DNA of 64,000 bases from Cystobasidiomycetes sp. EMM_F5 (lineage: Eukaryota). Numbering within the stretch: position 1 is the stretch's first letter; each line of letters starts with the position of its first letter. The stretch is from the NCBI GenBank assembly GCA_051047955.1, contig JBPGPT010000019.1, positions 186,001 to 250,000 on the forward strand, given 5' to 3'. Shown here in pieces: positions 23,920 through 41,271 of the stretch. The notes under the pieces are model-generated. The model saw only the letters and a program-made list of their open reading frames with translations. It was not told the DNA's origin and made no database searches. Position numbers and translations under genes: made by a program.

Positions 23920-25982
23920 GTTTTGGCCTGTAAAGAGTCCAGACTCGGCCAAGGGCGGGAGGAGGAGGGGAAGGAGGAGGAGGGAGGAGGAGCGTCTCCC
24001 TGAGCGTCCTCTTCGCAGAGCCTGTCGCCGTGTACGGCTGCTTGCAGGTGTCCGAGCTGGGTGCAGGCAGAGCAGAGCACGCGGGCAGAATAGATTTCTG
24101 CTATCTTTTGCTGATAGCCGGGCGAGCGGAGTAGGCGTGCTAATCGGATAAATTGCTCGACGGGGATAGCTGGGAGTGAAATGTCAGAACGACTTGCAAT
24201 CCAGAGTCACAAATGCTTACCTCGTCTTTGTGATTATGCCGCTCCAACACCAAACAGCTGCGACTGTCCGGCCCTTTGCGAGCAATATTACTCCGATCAC
24301 CGTGTGGCGGCTAACACGTCTACACGTTGTTGCCCGCACGTGTAGGTTGTAATGCTTTGTCTCTTGTCGCACTTATGGGAGCAAGAGAATGGATTAATCA
24401 TTTCTGAGTTGAGTTAACAACTGCAGCTCACCCACCCCTTCAAGCTCCCTCACCGCCTCTCAGGGTAAAAGTCCCTCTCGGCTGCGCCTCCTTTTATGCG
24501 GCTACTGTTAATATGCGACTGTGGGTCTTGGATCAGTCGTTGCAGACAGAACCATCAAGATATGCATTCTCAGCTCACAAATCTACTCCAGCTCGTATGG
24601 ATTAAGCCCCGGGGTGAGGTGTGCAACGGTCAAAGAGCCGTCTGGGGAATATGATGACTACCAAAGCGAGATGCACAAGGCGAGCTCTATCAATGACCGC
24701 TGCGACTTCTTTGGCTCTGCCCAAACCTACCTCGGTTGCCGACTGGCGATATTTACGAAGCTGTACGGAAGTCCGCCGTCGATAAAGACCAGACCAAACG
24801 GACAATGCGCAGCGACCGCGTCGAAGCGGATAGACTGCGGGTTACACGACTGGACTGTCCACTTGCGTGAATTTGGTTCTTTGTGGCCTTCTACCCTGTC
24901 GCGCTATTTTTTCGATAAGATTGACGTCGTTGCCGTATACGTTTGGGGAGGTCGTCTCGTAGCCGATGCAGCTCGAGCTGGCGAACGAATGGATGATGGC
25001 GGCGTATGCTCTGAAGCTGCTATTATGCCAGTCTGTAGACTGCGGCGTCGAGGCCTCTTCAAAGCCTTGCAGTATAACACGGTCTTGAGGTGCTCAAACG
25101 AAACGAGCAGTCAATTGCAAAGGCAGCAGGACAGGACAAGATAGAAGGATACGAGTACAAAAGCATCCCACAACTGACTTGGACCACGCCATCCCTACGA
25201 CATATCTACGCTCGACGTCTTCCTGCCTCGATAGCCGTCAAGGCAGATGGAGCAGTCGCCGGACGAGCCGCACGTCAAACGGTTGCGAATACTGACGATA
25301 AGCTGAGAGCGACGTGACTGTAGGAAGAGGTATATTCTAACAAAAGCTTTATCGCTGACCGCTGCGTTTAGTGATACTGAACTCCCCCTCCCTCCTCCGC
25401 TGGTACAGTCCAGCCCATCTTACCCAAGGCATGCTAATGTATGCAAGTGCACACACTGATGTCGTTCCAGACTGACTGCTAAGCACTGCCAGTAATGCCG
25501 CTCACAGACTTCAACGCTTCATCTTCTCAGAGCCCATCCTCCCACCTTCCTATTCAGGCACGGCATTCAGAGAAGCGAGGAGGGACCGCGTAAATTGCAT
25601 CAACGCCGGAAATGGTCATCGTTGAATGAGGTTGGAATAATTCAGTTACTGAGACCAGCGACAAATGGCAACACGGTACGGGCCCAGGTCATTGTGCATT
25701 GAGATGGAGTAGGCTATTGTCAGAATCCGGTGGATGAGAGTGCAATTTGCCAGTCCGGCCTACGCAATCAGCCAAAGCTGTTCCCGAGACTATAAAGTAC
25801 ACTGATACTCACTCTGCTCTGCTTTCTTTCTTCCACCACATCGTACTCGATTTCTGTTCGCATACCGCGCTCTTACTGCCGAAGCGACCAATCCACTCTC
25901 CCTACCACACTCTCTATACCCTGTCCAAGACGCGCAGACACCGAGCATTAGAGTCACATACTCTCACATTCAGCAAGCCAAA

Positions 25983-27572
25983 ATGCCCGCTGCAAAGCTC
26001 TCAATCCTGTTTCCTCTGCTGCTGGCGGCTGCCGTCCGAGGCTCACTGAATGACGATATCAACAGATGTCACGATATGGGTGAGCGTCGTCCATTTCCGT
26101 ACTACAACTAGTCAATCACTCGTTGACTGGACTTTCCACATTACTCAAACTCGCAGGCTTCAACGAAGGGATCAATGATTGCATCAATTTGGTATGCAAC
26201 AGTGCACTCACTGCTATCGTGCAAGGCGACAGCTACAATCCCTACATTATCGAGTCGTACACTATTGGCATCTCAAACCCCGCTTCGGGTTACGATTCGC
26301 AGTGCAGACAGCCTGAAACCAAGTAAGGCATAGTCCTTCGTCTGTTGTGAGAGGTCTTCGCTGATGAATGCGTTTATGTTTTCACATAGGACTTCGTTTG
26401 AGGGAGGATACCAGATTGGTTTCAATCAGGAACTCAGTGGTCACCGGTTGGACATTTACGACCGTTGCTTCAAGGGTGCAGCGAGTGCAGTCTCGGCTGT
26501 TCACCTCAATGCAACCTCGTCGCCAGTACTTGCCGCACACCCCAACGCTACTGCTACCAGGCAGGTCCTGGCGGCAGCCTTCAATGTCACTCGTACAATG
26601 ACTGCAACGGGCCGCCCCAATGCTACCAGCTTTGCGAGCGCTATCAACAATACTCGCGCACTGCTCCCAACAGGTCGCGTAAACGCCACCTCTCTCACAC
26701 CGGCGACGAACCTGACCCGCATTATGGTTGCGACGGGTCGCGCAAATATGACCAACACCGGTTCATTAATCACGCGAACTCGTACACTAGCTCCCACAGG
26801 CCGTGCAAATGCCTCGGTGATCGCCAACGCGTCCACAATCTACAGAACTCGATCAGTGACAACTCCCATTCGTATGAACAGCACATCTATCGCGTCTAGT
26901 GTCTCACAAACTCGCGCCTTTGCGCCATCCGGCAGTATCCGGGCTTCTGGTATCGCGGTCCAGCGCAATGTGACATCGTCATCTTCGTCTAGCTCTTCTG
27001 CGCAATCCTCGACCAACAAGGTCGCGTCGGCCGGAAGCAGCTCTTCGGCACCATCTCGCAGTTCTTCTTCTGGCAGCAGCAGCAGCAGCAGCAGCAAGCC
27101 AGTATCGGCAGCTTCCTCCAGCAGCTCGTCCAGCTCGGTGATAAAATCCAACTCGGCATCAAGCGCTTCGTCCTCAAGCAGCTCTTCTTCGAAAGCTGCT
27201 TCGACAGCTCCATCATCGTCTTCTTCGAGCACAAAGGCTACCACATCCTCTTCGAGCTCTAGCAGTTCTGTATGGAAGCCGGCTGCGACTTCGTCGTCTT
27301 CTTCATCGTCCGTATGGAAGGCACCAACGTCCACATCTTCATCGTCTGTATGGCAGGCACCTACAACCACGTCTTCGTCCTCTGCCTGGAAGCCGTCCAC
27401 CACATCGTCATCAAGCGTCTGGACCCCTGCAACGACCAGTACATCCAAGTCCAGCAATAGCACGTCTTCGTCGTCTTCGTCGTCCTCGTCTTCTACCTCC
27501 TCCTCGTCGTCTGCATCTGCACAAAAATCTGGAGACAAGAAGGCTGCAAGGCATATACCCATTAGACATTAG
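25983..27572 (+). CDS. Secreted Ser/Thr-rich glycoprotein with a small Cys-containing N-domain; 3 exons
   Basis: Signal peptide MPAAKLSILFPLLLAAAVRG; introns about 26080-26156 and 26323-26389 join in frame; many N-x-S/T sequons; Ser-rich tail. Confidence 0.85.
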
Positions 27573-27789
27573 AGATGCAGGTCATCCACTGCGCGTACAG
27601 TTCACAGTGTCTTTGTTACTCTGGCAGTTGCACCAGCATTATCTATGTAAGACCGCGTCAATTCGAGGTGCTTAGGATACGATGGCATTGCATTTCTCAT
27701 GATACTGATCAAATCAGAGGAGCATGTTTGTGCATCAAGCTACTTGCACCGCTGACCCCAATGTGACTAAATAACACATGCTGACTATA

Positions 27790-30700
27790 CTAAATGTGCG
27801 ACGGCTTTACCAATGCAGCCTGATAAAACTGAGCAGCTTCCGATAAGACCTTGCAAACTCTATCTTCCGGTATTCTCGGCACATTTCTTGAAATTACGGG
27901 GGTCGCGACTGTACTTGAAGTATCGCCAAAAAAGCCGTTGCGCATCATAATCAGATTCATACCCTTTTGAAATACTTCTTGACGCTGTGCTTTAGCATTG
28001 GGAGGGAGGGAGTAAACATCATTAATGAAGCGAGGAATGTCATATTCTACCGGGATGAGAACGGTAAGAGGCCAGCGGCGAACGCATGCAGGAGTAACGA
28101 GCTTGAAAGACTTACCAGTAGGGGCGAAAGACGCGGCGTGTATACTCTGACAGCCATCGTCATTGCACGTTCCAGCAGCCTCGTATTGGCAATACCTAGA
28201 AGATATATCGATCTGTCGGTGTTTAAGCAGCCATGATCGAAGCTGTGCTGTCAGCGCATTGTTGTATGTATCGATTTGGCTGCTGTGACGCTGGTCTGTA
28301 TTAGCGAGGAGCAAGTGCTCGGAAAACGAAATGGGCGAGGCATGTGAGAAAGGGTATTCGTCAAATGGCGAAATGTACGGGCGGAATAGGCTAGGCTGAA
28401 AGCGAAAAATATCCTTCAGCACTTCTCGGATAACGTGCAAACTTACTGACCAGATAGAGCTCGTCAGACTCCGAGCACGCTTGATCCAGTAGCATCGGTG
28501 CTTCAGCAAGCTGCGGAACGGGTGAAACCTACAGTACCGATGCGGAGAGAAGCGAAGTCAGCGTCCCCAGTCCGACCATTCGAAATGGCAGAGACAGTAT
28601 GCCACCTCTGTGTCAACAGTCGTTTCGTTGCCTGCATGATGGAGTCAGCGATCACGGCATTAAACGACTTCCGTATGCGAGTCTGACGCGCCAAGAAGTG
28701 ACGGCTGAGCCAGCTCTGCTTGCGTTGGCGCTTCCGCATCACGGATAGCAGGCTCTGACTCTTCTATGAGGCGCTCAAACTCTTCATCGCTGTCAGAAGG
28801 CTTGAGCAGTATGGACGTAGCTCCCACCCGCGGTGAAGTCGATCGAATAATGAGTAATGCATCGTCATCAGCGTCATCTCCGCTGAATTCAGCAAAAATG
28901 CGGTCGATGGAACCGGTTTCCGATGCCACGCTCATTGATGGGCCGCGGAGGCGATAATGAGGGTCTGCCAGCATTTCAGACATCGATAGTGGCGGAGAAT
29001 ATGGAGCTGGGGTGTAGCCATAATCTGAGAATGGCGGAGAAAGTGAAGGGCGGTGTGTTTCGGGAATGTCTTCCCTTGTCGAGACTGGGGCGGTGTGATG
29101 CTGATCGGAGATACCAGTTCTAAGGCCTTCATGTTGCGGAACAGTACCCAATTGTGTAATTTCACCACTGTCGGAGTTATGTATCAGCATGGCGACATTG
29201 CCTGGAACCGACGTCGTTGTGACGATGGCCTTCTTTTTGCTCTCCAGCCTCTCGATCAGAAGTCGCATACGCTCGATTTCCGCCTGCTTTATGGCGAGCT
29301 GATCTTTTGCAGTAGGTTCATCCAAGTTTGATGCCTTTGCGGTGGCTTCGATACTGGCCTCTCGCATCCTATCAACGAATTCTTCCACCTGCTTGGCATG
29401 ATTGCGTGATGTTTGCGAGGCGAACAGAGTGGATACGGAGGGTATAGGGCTGGCGCGTGCAGCACGAATGGCGAATCTCGTATCTTGCTGCTTGGCCGCC
29501 AGGATTTTGGCCCTCAACTCCACCATACTTTCATCCTCGTCGCTATCATCATCGTCATCTGCATCATCAATATCAATGAGGAAATTTTGCGTGCGTTGGG
29601 ACAGCGGAGGCAAGAGCGGTCTAAAAACACCTGGAACCATAGACGACGTAGGTTCGCTTTCGAAATCCGTGGCGACGGGCCGATGCGGCGCCTGGCGAGC
29701 CAGAGGGGTCCGAACGGTGTCGCCATCCGGACTGCTGCTCATCTTCGTGTAACCCGTCTCAGGAGAGATGTATACGTCTCCAGACTGAGCGTCAACGGTA
29801 AGCGCTTCCGCGGACAGACACTCATTGCGCTTGAGACTTCCTTCCGATTCCGAGGAGGACGACGGTCCCAAGTCAGGCGAACTCGACTGCTCCTCGACGT
29901 CCATATCGCTGGAGCCGCTCCTCGCCGCGCTGCTGTGTGAAGGCTTACTCACGACAGCCTTGTCGTTATGCGATGACAGCAACTCGTCAATGAGCAGATT
30001 GGCTTGTTGTGCTTGTTCGGCTTTCCGACGCGCGATTTCTACTTTGCGGGCAAGCAGTGCTTGCCTTGCTTTGTTTTCCTTTTCGACCAGATCGGTGTAA
30101 GATGTCGATTGATCAGATAATTCCTTCATATCTGCTGGGGAAAGTTGACATGACGATGGATTTATAGCTGCTGTTGGTGTTTCGATGCGCAAAGAAAGCT
30201 GATGGAGGGGAGAGTCTGCAGAGACGTTGTTCTTGGATGAAAGCAGGTGTGTGCCAGGCCGCGGCGGGAGTGGATGCACCATCGAAGGAGAAAACGGAGA
30301 GGCGAAAGCAGAAAGGGAAGACGAAGACACCGCCTTTGGCCGCACATCCACGGGCGGCGACACCGTAGCGACGGGTGACGCTGCTTGCTCGAAGCCGTTC
30401 ATCGCGGCAGGAGCAGAAATCACAGCATGAGCCGTAATGGCTTCCCGGCCAGTCGAAGGCAAGGACAGTGGCGGCATAGGCAGGGACGCAGGCGAATCTG
30501 GAACGAAGTCATTCGTAGATGACTGTGCGGTCGGAAACACGCCTCGCATTGGCAGCGACGCGCCATCGGGCGTATCGGGCTCTGTCCGCCCCTGAGTGGC
30601 AGGGCGCTTACCCATCATGCCTTCGTGGTAATACCGCAAATGATGTTCTGGCAATCTCAACGAAGCCTTCGCAAAAGTCTCGATGACAAAGTTCTTGTCT

Positions 30701-31353
30701 ACTCCCTTGCCGATCATGTAATCTGCAGTGACGCCCCATTCGTTCAGTTGATGCATCAGCGCAACGCATTGCTGTTGCGTATGGCTGTGATGCAAGCTTG
30801 CGAGACGTGCTGAAGAGCAGGGGGTGTCAGCCAACATCACGCGCGCTGTTTGGATCAAGGCCTTACAATCAGGCAACACCTTCGTGAAACCTGCACTTCT
30901 TGACATATCCGAGTGTGCAAATATGCGGGTCGTAGCAGCCGTATCATCGTCGTGCGGGTGCTCATCGTCCACAATCACAGGGTCCTCTCGGTTGCCCTTC
31001 GCCATCGGTTTCCGATAGGCTGGCATTACCAAGCTTTGCATAATCATCTCTGCCTCGTCTGTTCCATCGTCGCTGCTGCTCACATCATCGTCATCCTCGC
31101 TGATTTCGCCCTCTTCGAGTGAGGCGCTCCGTTCCGCACGAGCCGCACTGATTCGAGCAGAAGTTCCAGGAGGAAGGGTTGTCTGGAGCGGCTGAGACGA
31201 CGCATATGGACGCAGAGGTTCCTGTATAGGCTTCGAGCTGAGCGCCGGCTCTCTGGCACCGTAGTTCCGGGAAAATGGGCTCAAACGAGCTCGCTTGACG
31301 TTGTTAGGATGCCTGAATCCGTTTGTACGCTTGCCGTAGGTGTTCCCGGTCAT
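27790..31353 (-). CDS. Large disordered protein with a C-terminal zf-C3H1 finger (Red1/ZFC3H1-like)
   Basis: YCQYEAAGTCNDDGCQSIH (C-x7-C-x4-C-x3-H) preceded by FRPYISPF; coiled-coil segments; helical motif LMHQLNEWGVTADYMIGKGV. Confidence 0.65.
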
Positions 31354-31753
31354 CTTGCGTCTCCACACTCGTCATTGAGTAATGGTGTTGTTGGGTAATG
31401 CCATCAACATTCGTAAGTCAGCGAAGCTGGCTCAGCGTTCCCAAGAACGAGCGGCAGTGAGTAAAGGGATGTTGTTGGATTCTGTCGAGCAGTTTGTACG
31501 AAGCAACCAACGATAATGCGATAGGAGGCAGCCAGTCCAAGCGCAGTCTGAAACAGCAGAGCCAGTTGGTGGTGCACCAGCCTGCGAGAGTGGCAATCGC
31601 AAACGACAAGTTATATGCGATTTATATGTCACTTCATGGCTGCACGGTACAACATTGTGGTATGCTTGATGTGGGTAATGCTACAACGATGCATTTGCCG
31701 GCGTCTTGCGGAAATTGCGGATGCTCCACCGATACTGGTCCATACTTGCGCCC

Positions 31754-34533
31754 TCACTTGACATAGCTCGTGGGCACAATGCCCTTTTTGTTATTCTTGT
31801 ATACTTCCGTCCATCCGGCAGCGTAGCTCGATCCCTTTGCAGTCAATTCGAGCGTCTCACCCTTCTCCATGCTGATTTCTCGCGCTGAAGCCGCCGTGTA
31901 AGCATAAATGGCCTTGACGGTGCCATGTGACGATAGAGATGGCGCTCCACTCTGTGTGGACCCGTTCGAGCGTGTGGACATAATTGTTGGTCGCCGTGAG
32001 AGAGCGGGCGGCGTTGATGGAGCTATATCAATCTTCAGGTACGTGGTGGGCACGATACCGCTACTGCCTTGATTATTTGACACCTTCGTCCACCCATTGC
32101 CATTGTCCTCCCTCTCGATACTCAATATTTCTCCGGCTGCGGTTGGTTTCGCATTCAGCTCCAGTCAATCTGGCCCAGGCAAAAAAACATACCTTGGATC
32201 GTGAGCTGATTATCGGACTGTGCTGTATAGGCATACAACGCTTTGCCTATACTCTTGCCCGAAAATCTATCGCCATTGATAGATGGCGCCTGGCTCGACG
32301 AGCTGGGCGTTCGCCTTGTCATGCTTGACATGCTCGACATGAGTGAGTTGCGCTTCTTCCCGCCCATGCTACCAGAATCATCGCTAAATGTCGCTGTAGA
32401 GTCAACGTCAGTGGGAGTATTTTTGTGAATCGACGTGACATAGGCATACGGTGACGAGGCAATGAGCCGATGTTAGCTCGACTTTCTGCCCTTTGCGCTG
32501 CCAGCTGAGGATCTCCGCAATCCGGCGGACATTTCAGCTCGCAGGCGTTATGTAATGCGATGCCGCAGTCCTGCAGAAATGCTTAGCACCCACGTCGCGA
32601 TACAATTGAATAAACGTACTCTACACGATAGGCCGACTTTGTTGACACCCCATACCTTTTGTCCACACACATAACAGTGTTTGGCCACAGGAAAAGAGGC
32701 AGACTTGAGGTCGTGAGTCTTGCCAGACCCTCGATCATCCCCTAGAGTTTCCTTGAGCACATCTACTTCGGCTTGCAATATTTCTTGTTCTGTCTCTAGC
32801 GTGACAGCTTGCTCGATACACGAGAAATAGATCTACGCATGGTCAGCCAAATTTTGCCGAAGGCCAGGGCGTCCTTACCTCTGTCACCGTGTCCAAGTCA
32901 CCCAACGCGGGATTCTTGGTATACGCCTCACGCAGCTCTGCTCCTTTCGATACTTCCTTGCGCATATTGGCAACCTTCGGCTTGACATCAGCCAGATCGT
33001 TCAGATTCTTGGCCAGCTTGTTCTGCAGGAATGTCTTTGGTTCTGGAGTCAAGTTGAACGAATCCTAATAATTTCAGGGCAATTAGCTAAATAAGGATTC
33101 GAAAGCAGACAACACCTGCATCGTCATGCCAGATTGCGCAAGGCCTGAAAGGGCACAATGCGTAAGGAGGCGTTAGCCGGGTAGAACCGATTGCCGTGAT
33201 GTTTTGGGCTTACTCGAAAACAAAGTCTTGCGCAGGATAGAACGGCCTCTTGTTATACTCAACGTACAGCGCTTGATCCTTGGCTGCATCGATGGCAGAC
33301 AGAGCGTCTAGAATATTATCATTGTATCGATGCAGCACATCGTATTGCTTGGTAGTCGCATTTGTGCCTTTCGTTACGAGGTTCGAAAAGCGCGTGATAA
33401 TCGTGGACCTGCATGCACTGATGAGCACGTCGTCCTAGCTAAGAATTGGACACAATCCTAACCATAAAGCTTGTAGGTCCTGGGCAGAAAGACAAGTAAG
33501 CCACAGTCACGTTGCTCTTCAGCTCATCTGGAACCCACATCGTGGATTTCAGGCAAGTCGCGTTCAAAATACTTGTCTTTCAGACGATTGCTGACGCCTA
33601 TAGACAGCAGATATGCATTCTTGCAATTGTACATTTCGACGGTAGCGTCTGCATATAAGGAGTGTGCTTTTGTTGCATCCTTGTCTTTACGAGCAGTTTC
33701 TTGCTATTAGATGTTTCTCGATTGAGTTCAGAGTATTCGGGCGATGGGAACGCTCCGTACCTTGGATCTATATGATTCAACATCCGAGCAAAGCGAGTCG
33801 TACTTTTTCTTGGCCTGGGAGGCCAGAGCAACACATATCAGTGCTTACAATAGATCAGTGACACGTCGTGCCTACATTTCCACGCTCAGCGCCCTGTTTG
33901 TCCCTCTCCTTGATCAGCGAATTTGAGAAATCGGTATGCTGGCGAGCGTTTTCGGTCAGCGTGGATCATCGTATGCTTGGAGGGCGCACCTTGTGCCGAA
34001 GGCCATCTAAGCGTTTCTGCATTATCCGCAACCCCTCTACGATATCTATGTTTAGCGATTCAGCAAAGCTGAAGCGGGGCGCAACAGAAAAGTAACAGCA
34101 TCAGCCCGAGAGTCCGCAGAGACGGCAGACCGAAACAATGTCACCACGTACTTGCTTCTAGAGTAAGCTTCTTCGTCCGTTTGTTGCAATATCGTCGTCC
34201 AAGCGGCATCGAGGGTACTAGCCGTAGACAAGGTATCAGTATCACGCTCGCGGCTGCGTACAGAAGCGCGACCGACTGCTCTCTTCCTCCACCTGGATGG
34301 AACGGTTTCGAAGGGGCTTCACCAGCTACGAGGGCCATTTCCATACTCTGATGTTTCGACTGCGCGTTGGCGACGAGCTTCTGCAGTCCTTTGGCATACT
34401 CCCGTTCGAGCTCGACGCGCGCAGCGTAAAAGGCTCGTACTTCGCCGACGAGCTGCAGCGTAGTGCCCAATACATTGCTCAGCGGCTGCACCTGGTCCTT
34501 GATCTCTTGCGAAAAGACGGGCGCCGCCGCCAT
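31754..34533 (-). CDS. BZZ1: F-BAR / C1 / dual-SH3 actin-patch protein Bzz1; multi-exon
   Basis: FYAARVELEREYAKGLQKL (FCH); HDLKSASFPVAKHCYVCGQKVWG (C1); two SH3 domains, KALYAYTAQ..GWTKV..GIVPTTYL and KAIYAYTA..GW..GIVPTSYVK. Confidence 0.92.
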
Positions 34534-35206
34534 GATGATGATTGCCGGGATCCTGCACTGACGGTCGATGTCCACACCCTAATGCTTCTACGTTGACATC
34601 CAGCAGGGTATATGCATGTTCCAAGGGCAGATTATCGACTGAGCAAGCTGCAGGTAATGGCAGTCCGGATAGGTGTTGCGGCTGTCCTCGGATACACGGC
34701 CTTAGCCAACAAGGCAACGGACATGTTCAAATGTCTCGGGCGCAAAGTGGACTGAATGCAATGCTACCTGCTCAGGACTTGTCCTATTCTGCCCAATCAT
34801 TCAGGTCTGCATGTAGGCAACGTACTGTGCATATTCCGCGAGGGTCTTTGAATTAAATCTAGCTACACAAGCAATATGAAAGAGTAAACTTCAGGTCGCT
34901 GTAAAACAGCGAGAACCTGGGAAAGCATATTAAAGGTCGTACCACTCGCATATCGAAATGCATTTGGGGAGTCTGGAAGATCATCAGACGCCCTTCGATT
35001 ATTGTCCATTATACTGACAGTAGGACTAGTATATATAGAGTCAGGAAAGCGTTCTTTTCAAATTCAGCCTGTTTGACCAAGCCCACTGAGCAGTGAGAAA
35101 TCCGAAGAAGGTGGACGCGTAGAGCGTTTTTGGAGAAACTTTAAATCCGTCTTCATTTTTTCACCTTGTCGCGGGATTGACCAAAGCGTAAGGGCTGAGA
35201 GTTCCC

Positions 35207-36618
35207 CTACGGAGCCTTGCTGCTGCTAGCGGGGGCGAGCGGAGTTGTCAGTGGTGGGGGAACAACACTGCTGGTTGGCTTGACGCTGCTGATAACGCTG
35301 CTGCTGGTGGGTTTGGCGGAGCTAGAAGCGCAAGTGCTAGAGCAGCAATGTCAGATCAGGGAGAGAAATGTACGTATTGACTTACTAAACCGTAGAGTAC
35401 GCCAAAGTCGCGGACGGGCAAGTTGGTTTGATGGTCGACCTGAGAAAATTATAGTGTAGAATCAATACGGAAGTTTTGCTCCACTTTAATCTCTGTAGTA
35501 CTGACGTGACAACCTGAGCTTGGACGGTCTTCGTGCGGTACCCGGTAGATCTGAGGAAGAGCATGGCAACTCAGCAGTGGAAAGTGTGTCAATATCTGCC
35601 GCCCTTACACGGAGACGTATGTCTCGATATAGGTTGAAGGCGCTACATTTGCTGAGGCCGTCTTGGTGACAACCGATCCGCTAGAATAGACCGTGGACAC
35701 AATTGTCTTTGTCAAAGTGGCGCCTCCAGTATAGATTGTTGAAACAGCCGTTTTGTAAATTGTGGATCCCGGTGCTGTCACTGTGGCGAATTTCCTACAT
35801 ATGAGTCCGGGTCAGAATGAGGTCCACATCCAATTAGAATGCGTCTAGGACACCGAAATCGACGCCTACGTAATGTATGAAGTGACGCCAGGTGCCGTGA
35901 TAGTCTTAGTTGTAGTCGGGCCCGCGACAGTGCTTGTCTTGCTGAAGATGAAACCAGCCGGTCAGCCAGAAAATTCCAACCCCCCACATTTGTGATTTTT
36001 CTTACGTCAAATAGGCCGTTGTGGTTGCGTACGATCTGTAGGGATTAGAAAACGTTGACAGGCCGAAAATGACATTCGAGAAGCGAGTTTAGCGCGATTT
36101 CTCAGTAATCAGCAAGCCACGCCCTCAAGAGCCTTAGGAGAAGTGCAGCCAGACTCACGTAACAGTTTTGGCATTGTTGATCGTTGAAGTGACAATTGAA
36201 GTCTTCGTATCGCTGCAAATCCGAACCAATGAGTATTGAAATGGGCGCCACAAATAAATTTGCAAATGCCAAACGTGAAGCGTTGTAAGTGTACTCACGT
36301 TATAGTCTTCACGCTATTTACGGTCGATGTCAAAGTACTATATTTGAAGTCGCTGTGCAATCGAAGAGCAATTTAGCCCAAAAGCTTCACTATCCGCCGG
36401 GGGAAGACGGAGCGAGATAGCTGATGTTGTGAGACTTACGTTGTCGTTTTGTAATCCGTTTTATAGATATACGTGGTCGTTGGAGTGCACGTTGGAGGAG
36501 GAGGGCCCCAGCTGGACGAGGAGGAAGACTTGTCGTTGTTCCTCTTTGCGGGGCTAGCTTGAACGCCCCCGAGCAGCAGAGAAGCGACCGAGAGGGCGTA
36601 GAGAGTAGAAGAGAGCAT
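35207..36618 (-). CDS. Secreted Thr-rich protein encoded by at least 9 exons, all introns phase 2
   Basis: Signal peptide MLSSTLYALSVASLLLGGVQA then SPAKR. Exons 36440-36618, 36299-36352, 36159-36212, 36006-36035, 35870-35941, 35609-35794, 35506-35550, 35386-35439 and 35207-35336 join in frame via GT-AG. A further exon at 35064-35085 is possible. Confidence 0.82.
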
Positions 36619-37757
36619 GGTGCTTATCTAATAGTAGTAGGACAAGACTTTGTTGCTCGTCGATGATTCAAGAGAGAAAAGAGCAACAGGTGGTAGGAAG
36701 GAGAGAGGGAGCCATCCGGGCAAGGACAAGCACTGGAAATGCGGATCGATCTAGCAGCGCGGTCCAGTGCCTAGAGCTTGCCGACCATTCTGCGGCTTTC
36801 GGCTGCCGTTAGCCAAAACAACTTCGATTCTCTTTGACGCTAAGCAAGACGCTAGCAGCCTACTAGGACACGAGGAGCATGTGTAGCGTCTGGGTCCTCC
36901 CCAGCGTCTTCTTTGCATGCTTTCGCATAACATTTTGTCGCTTCCAGTCCCCGAACATCTGCATCCGAGAAGGTGCCTGTGCCCAGATTTTGACCTGACT
37001 CAGGTTGACACCGGTGGGTTCACGTTCGGGGGCTCCAGGAATCTTCCAACCCGCTTGCTGTACCGGTTTTTCCGGTCAGATGAGCTGCTTTTCGATTTTG
37101 GGTGACATCCTTTGCCGCCCAATGAGAAGAGGTCACCGAAGCCTTGCCATTATTTCGGAAATGGTACCCGTGCACTTGCACATGTCGCCATCTTAGTGCT
37201 CGAAATGCGTCGTACAAGGAAGAACGTTTCATCAGGTCAAGATTGCGAATTTTCTCGTTGCTGTCTGCGGTCGCCCTGTCAAGGGATAGAAAGGCCATCT
37301 CGTTGTACAGCGTAGAGTGGTGCTGAAAGCGTGTCCACATCATACACTCCGTTGCCCGCAGGCTATGGAGTCCGAATGTCAGTCAGCTCGCTGCGACACG
37401 GAAATTAGCCCAGTAATGATCGCAGACGGCATTGTTGAGTATGCTCGTATCCTCTGCGAATCGTCATCGTCATCGCCCTCACTTATAAGGTAGCGATGTC
37501 AGCGCTGGCGACGCTCGTCACGCATCTTTTAACCGCCTGATAATGCCTTATCGCCAAGTTCAGCCAATTTGTGCATTACAAAGACCAATGGGTTTGACGA
37601 GTTACTTTCTACTGCAGCAGAAGAAACGGATCTAATTGAGCGACTTCTGTGTACCGACAAGATACTTTCTTACACTCTATGTATAAATTGCGCGACTGCA
37701 AAAACGAGGAGAATGATATCTGGTGCGAAAAGAATAGTGCAACCGTATCTGAGAGCC

Positions 37758-41271
<3,514 letters not shown>

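Noticed and set aside
24521..25317. 207-aa and 75-aa ORFs in the long intergenic region
   Set aside because: Non-ATG starts, no motifs and no coherent exon chain; probably regulatory DNA or an unrecognisable relic.
26840..27562. 240-aa acidic antisense ORF, and similar antisense ORFs over creA and samB
   Set aside because: These are shadows of Ser- or Gln-rich sense-strand codons.
36900..37500. 107-aa minus-strand ORF as a possible transposon remnant
   Set aside because: No transposase or RT motif, terminal repeats or target-site duplication were visible.
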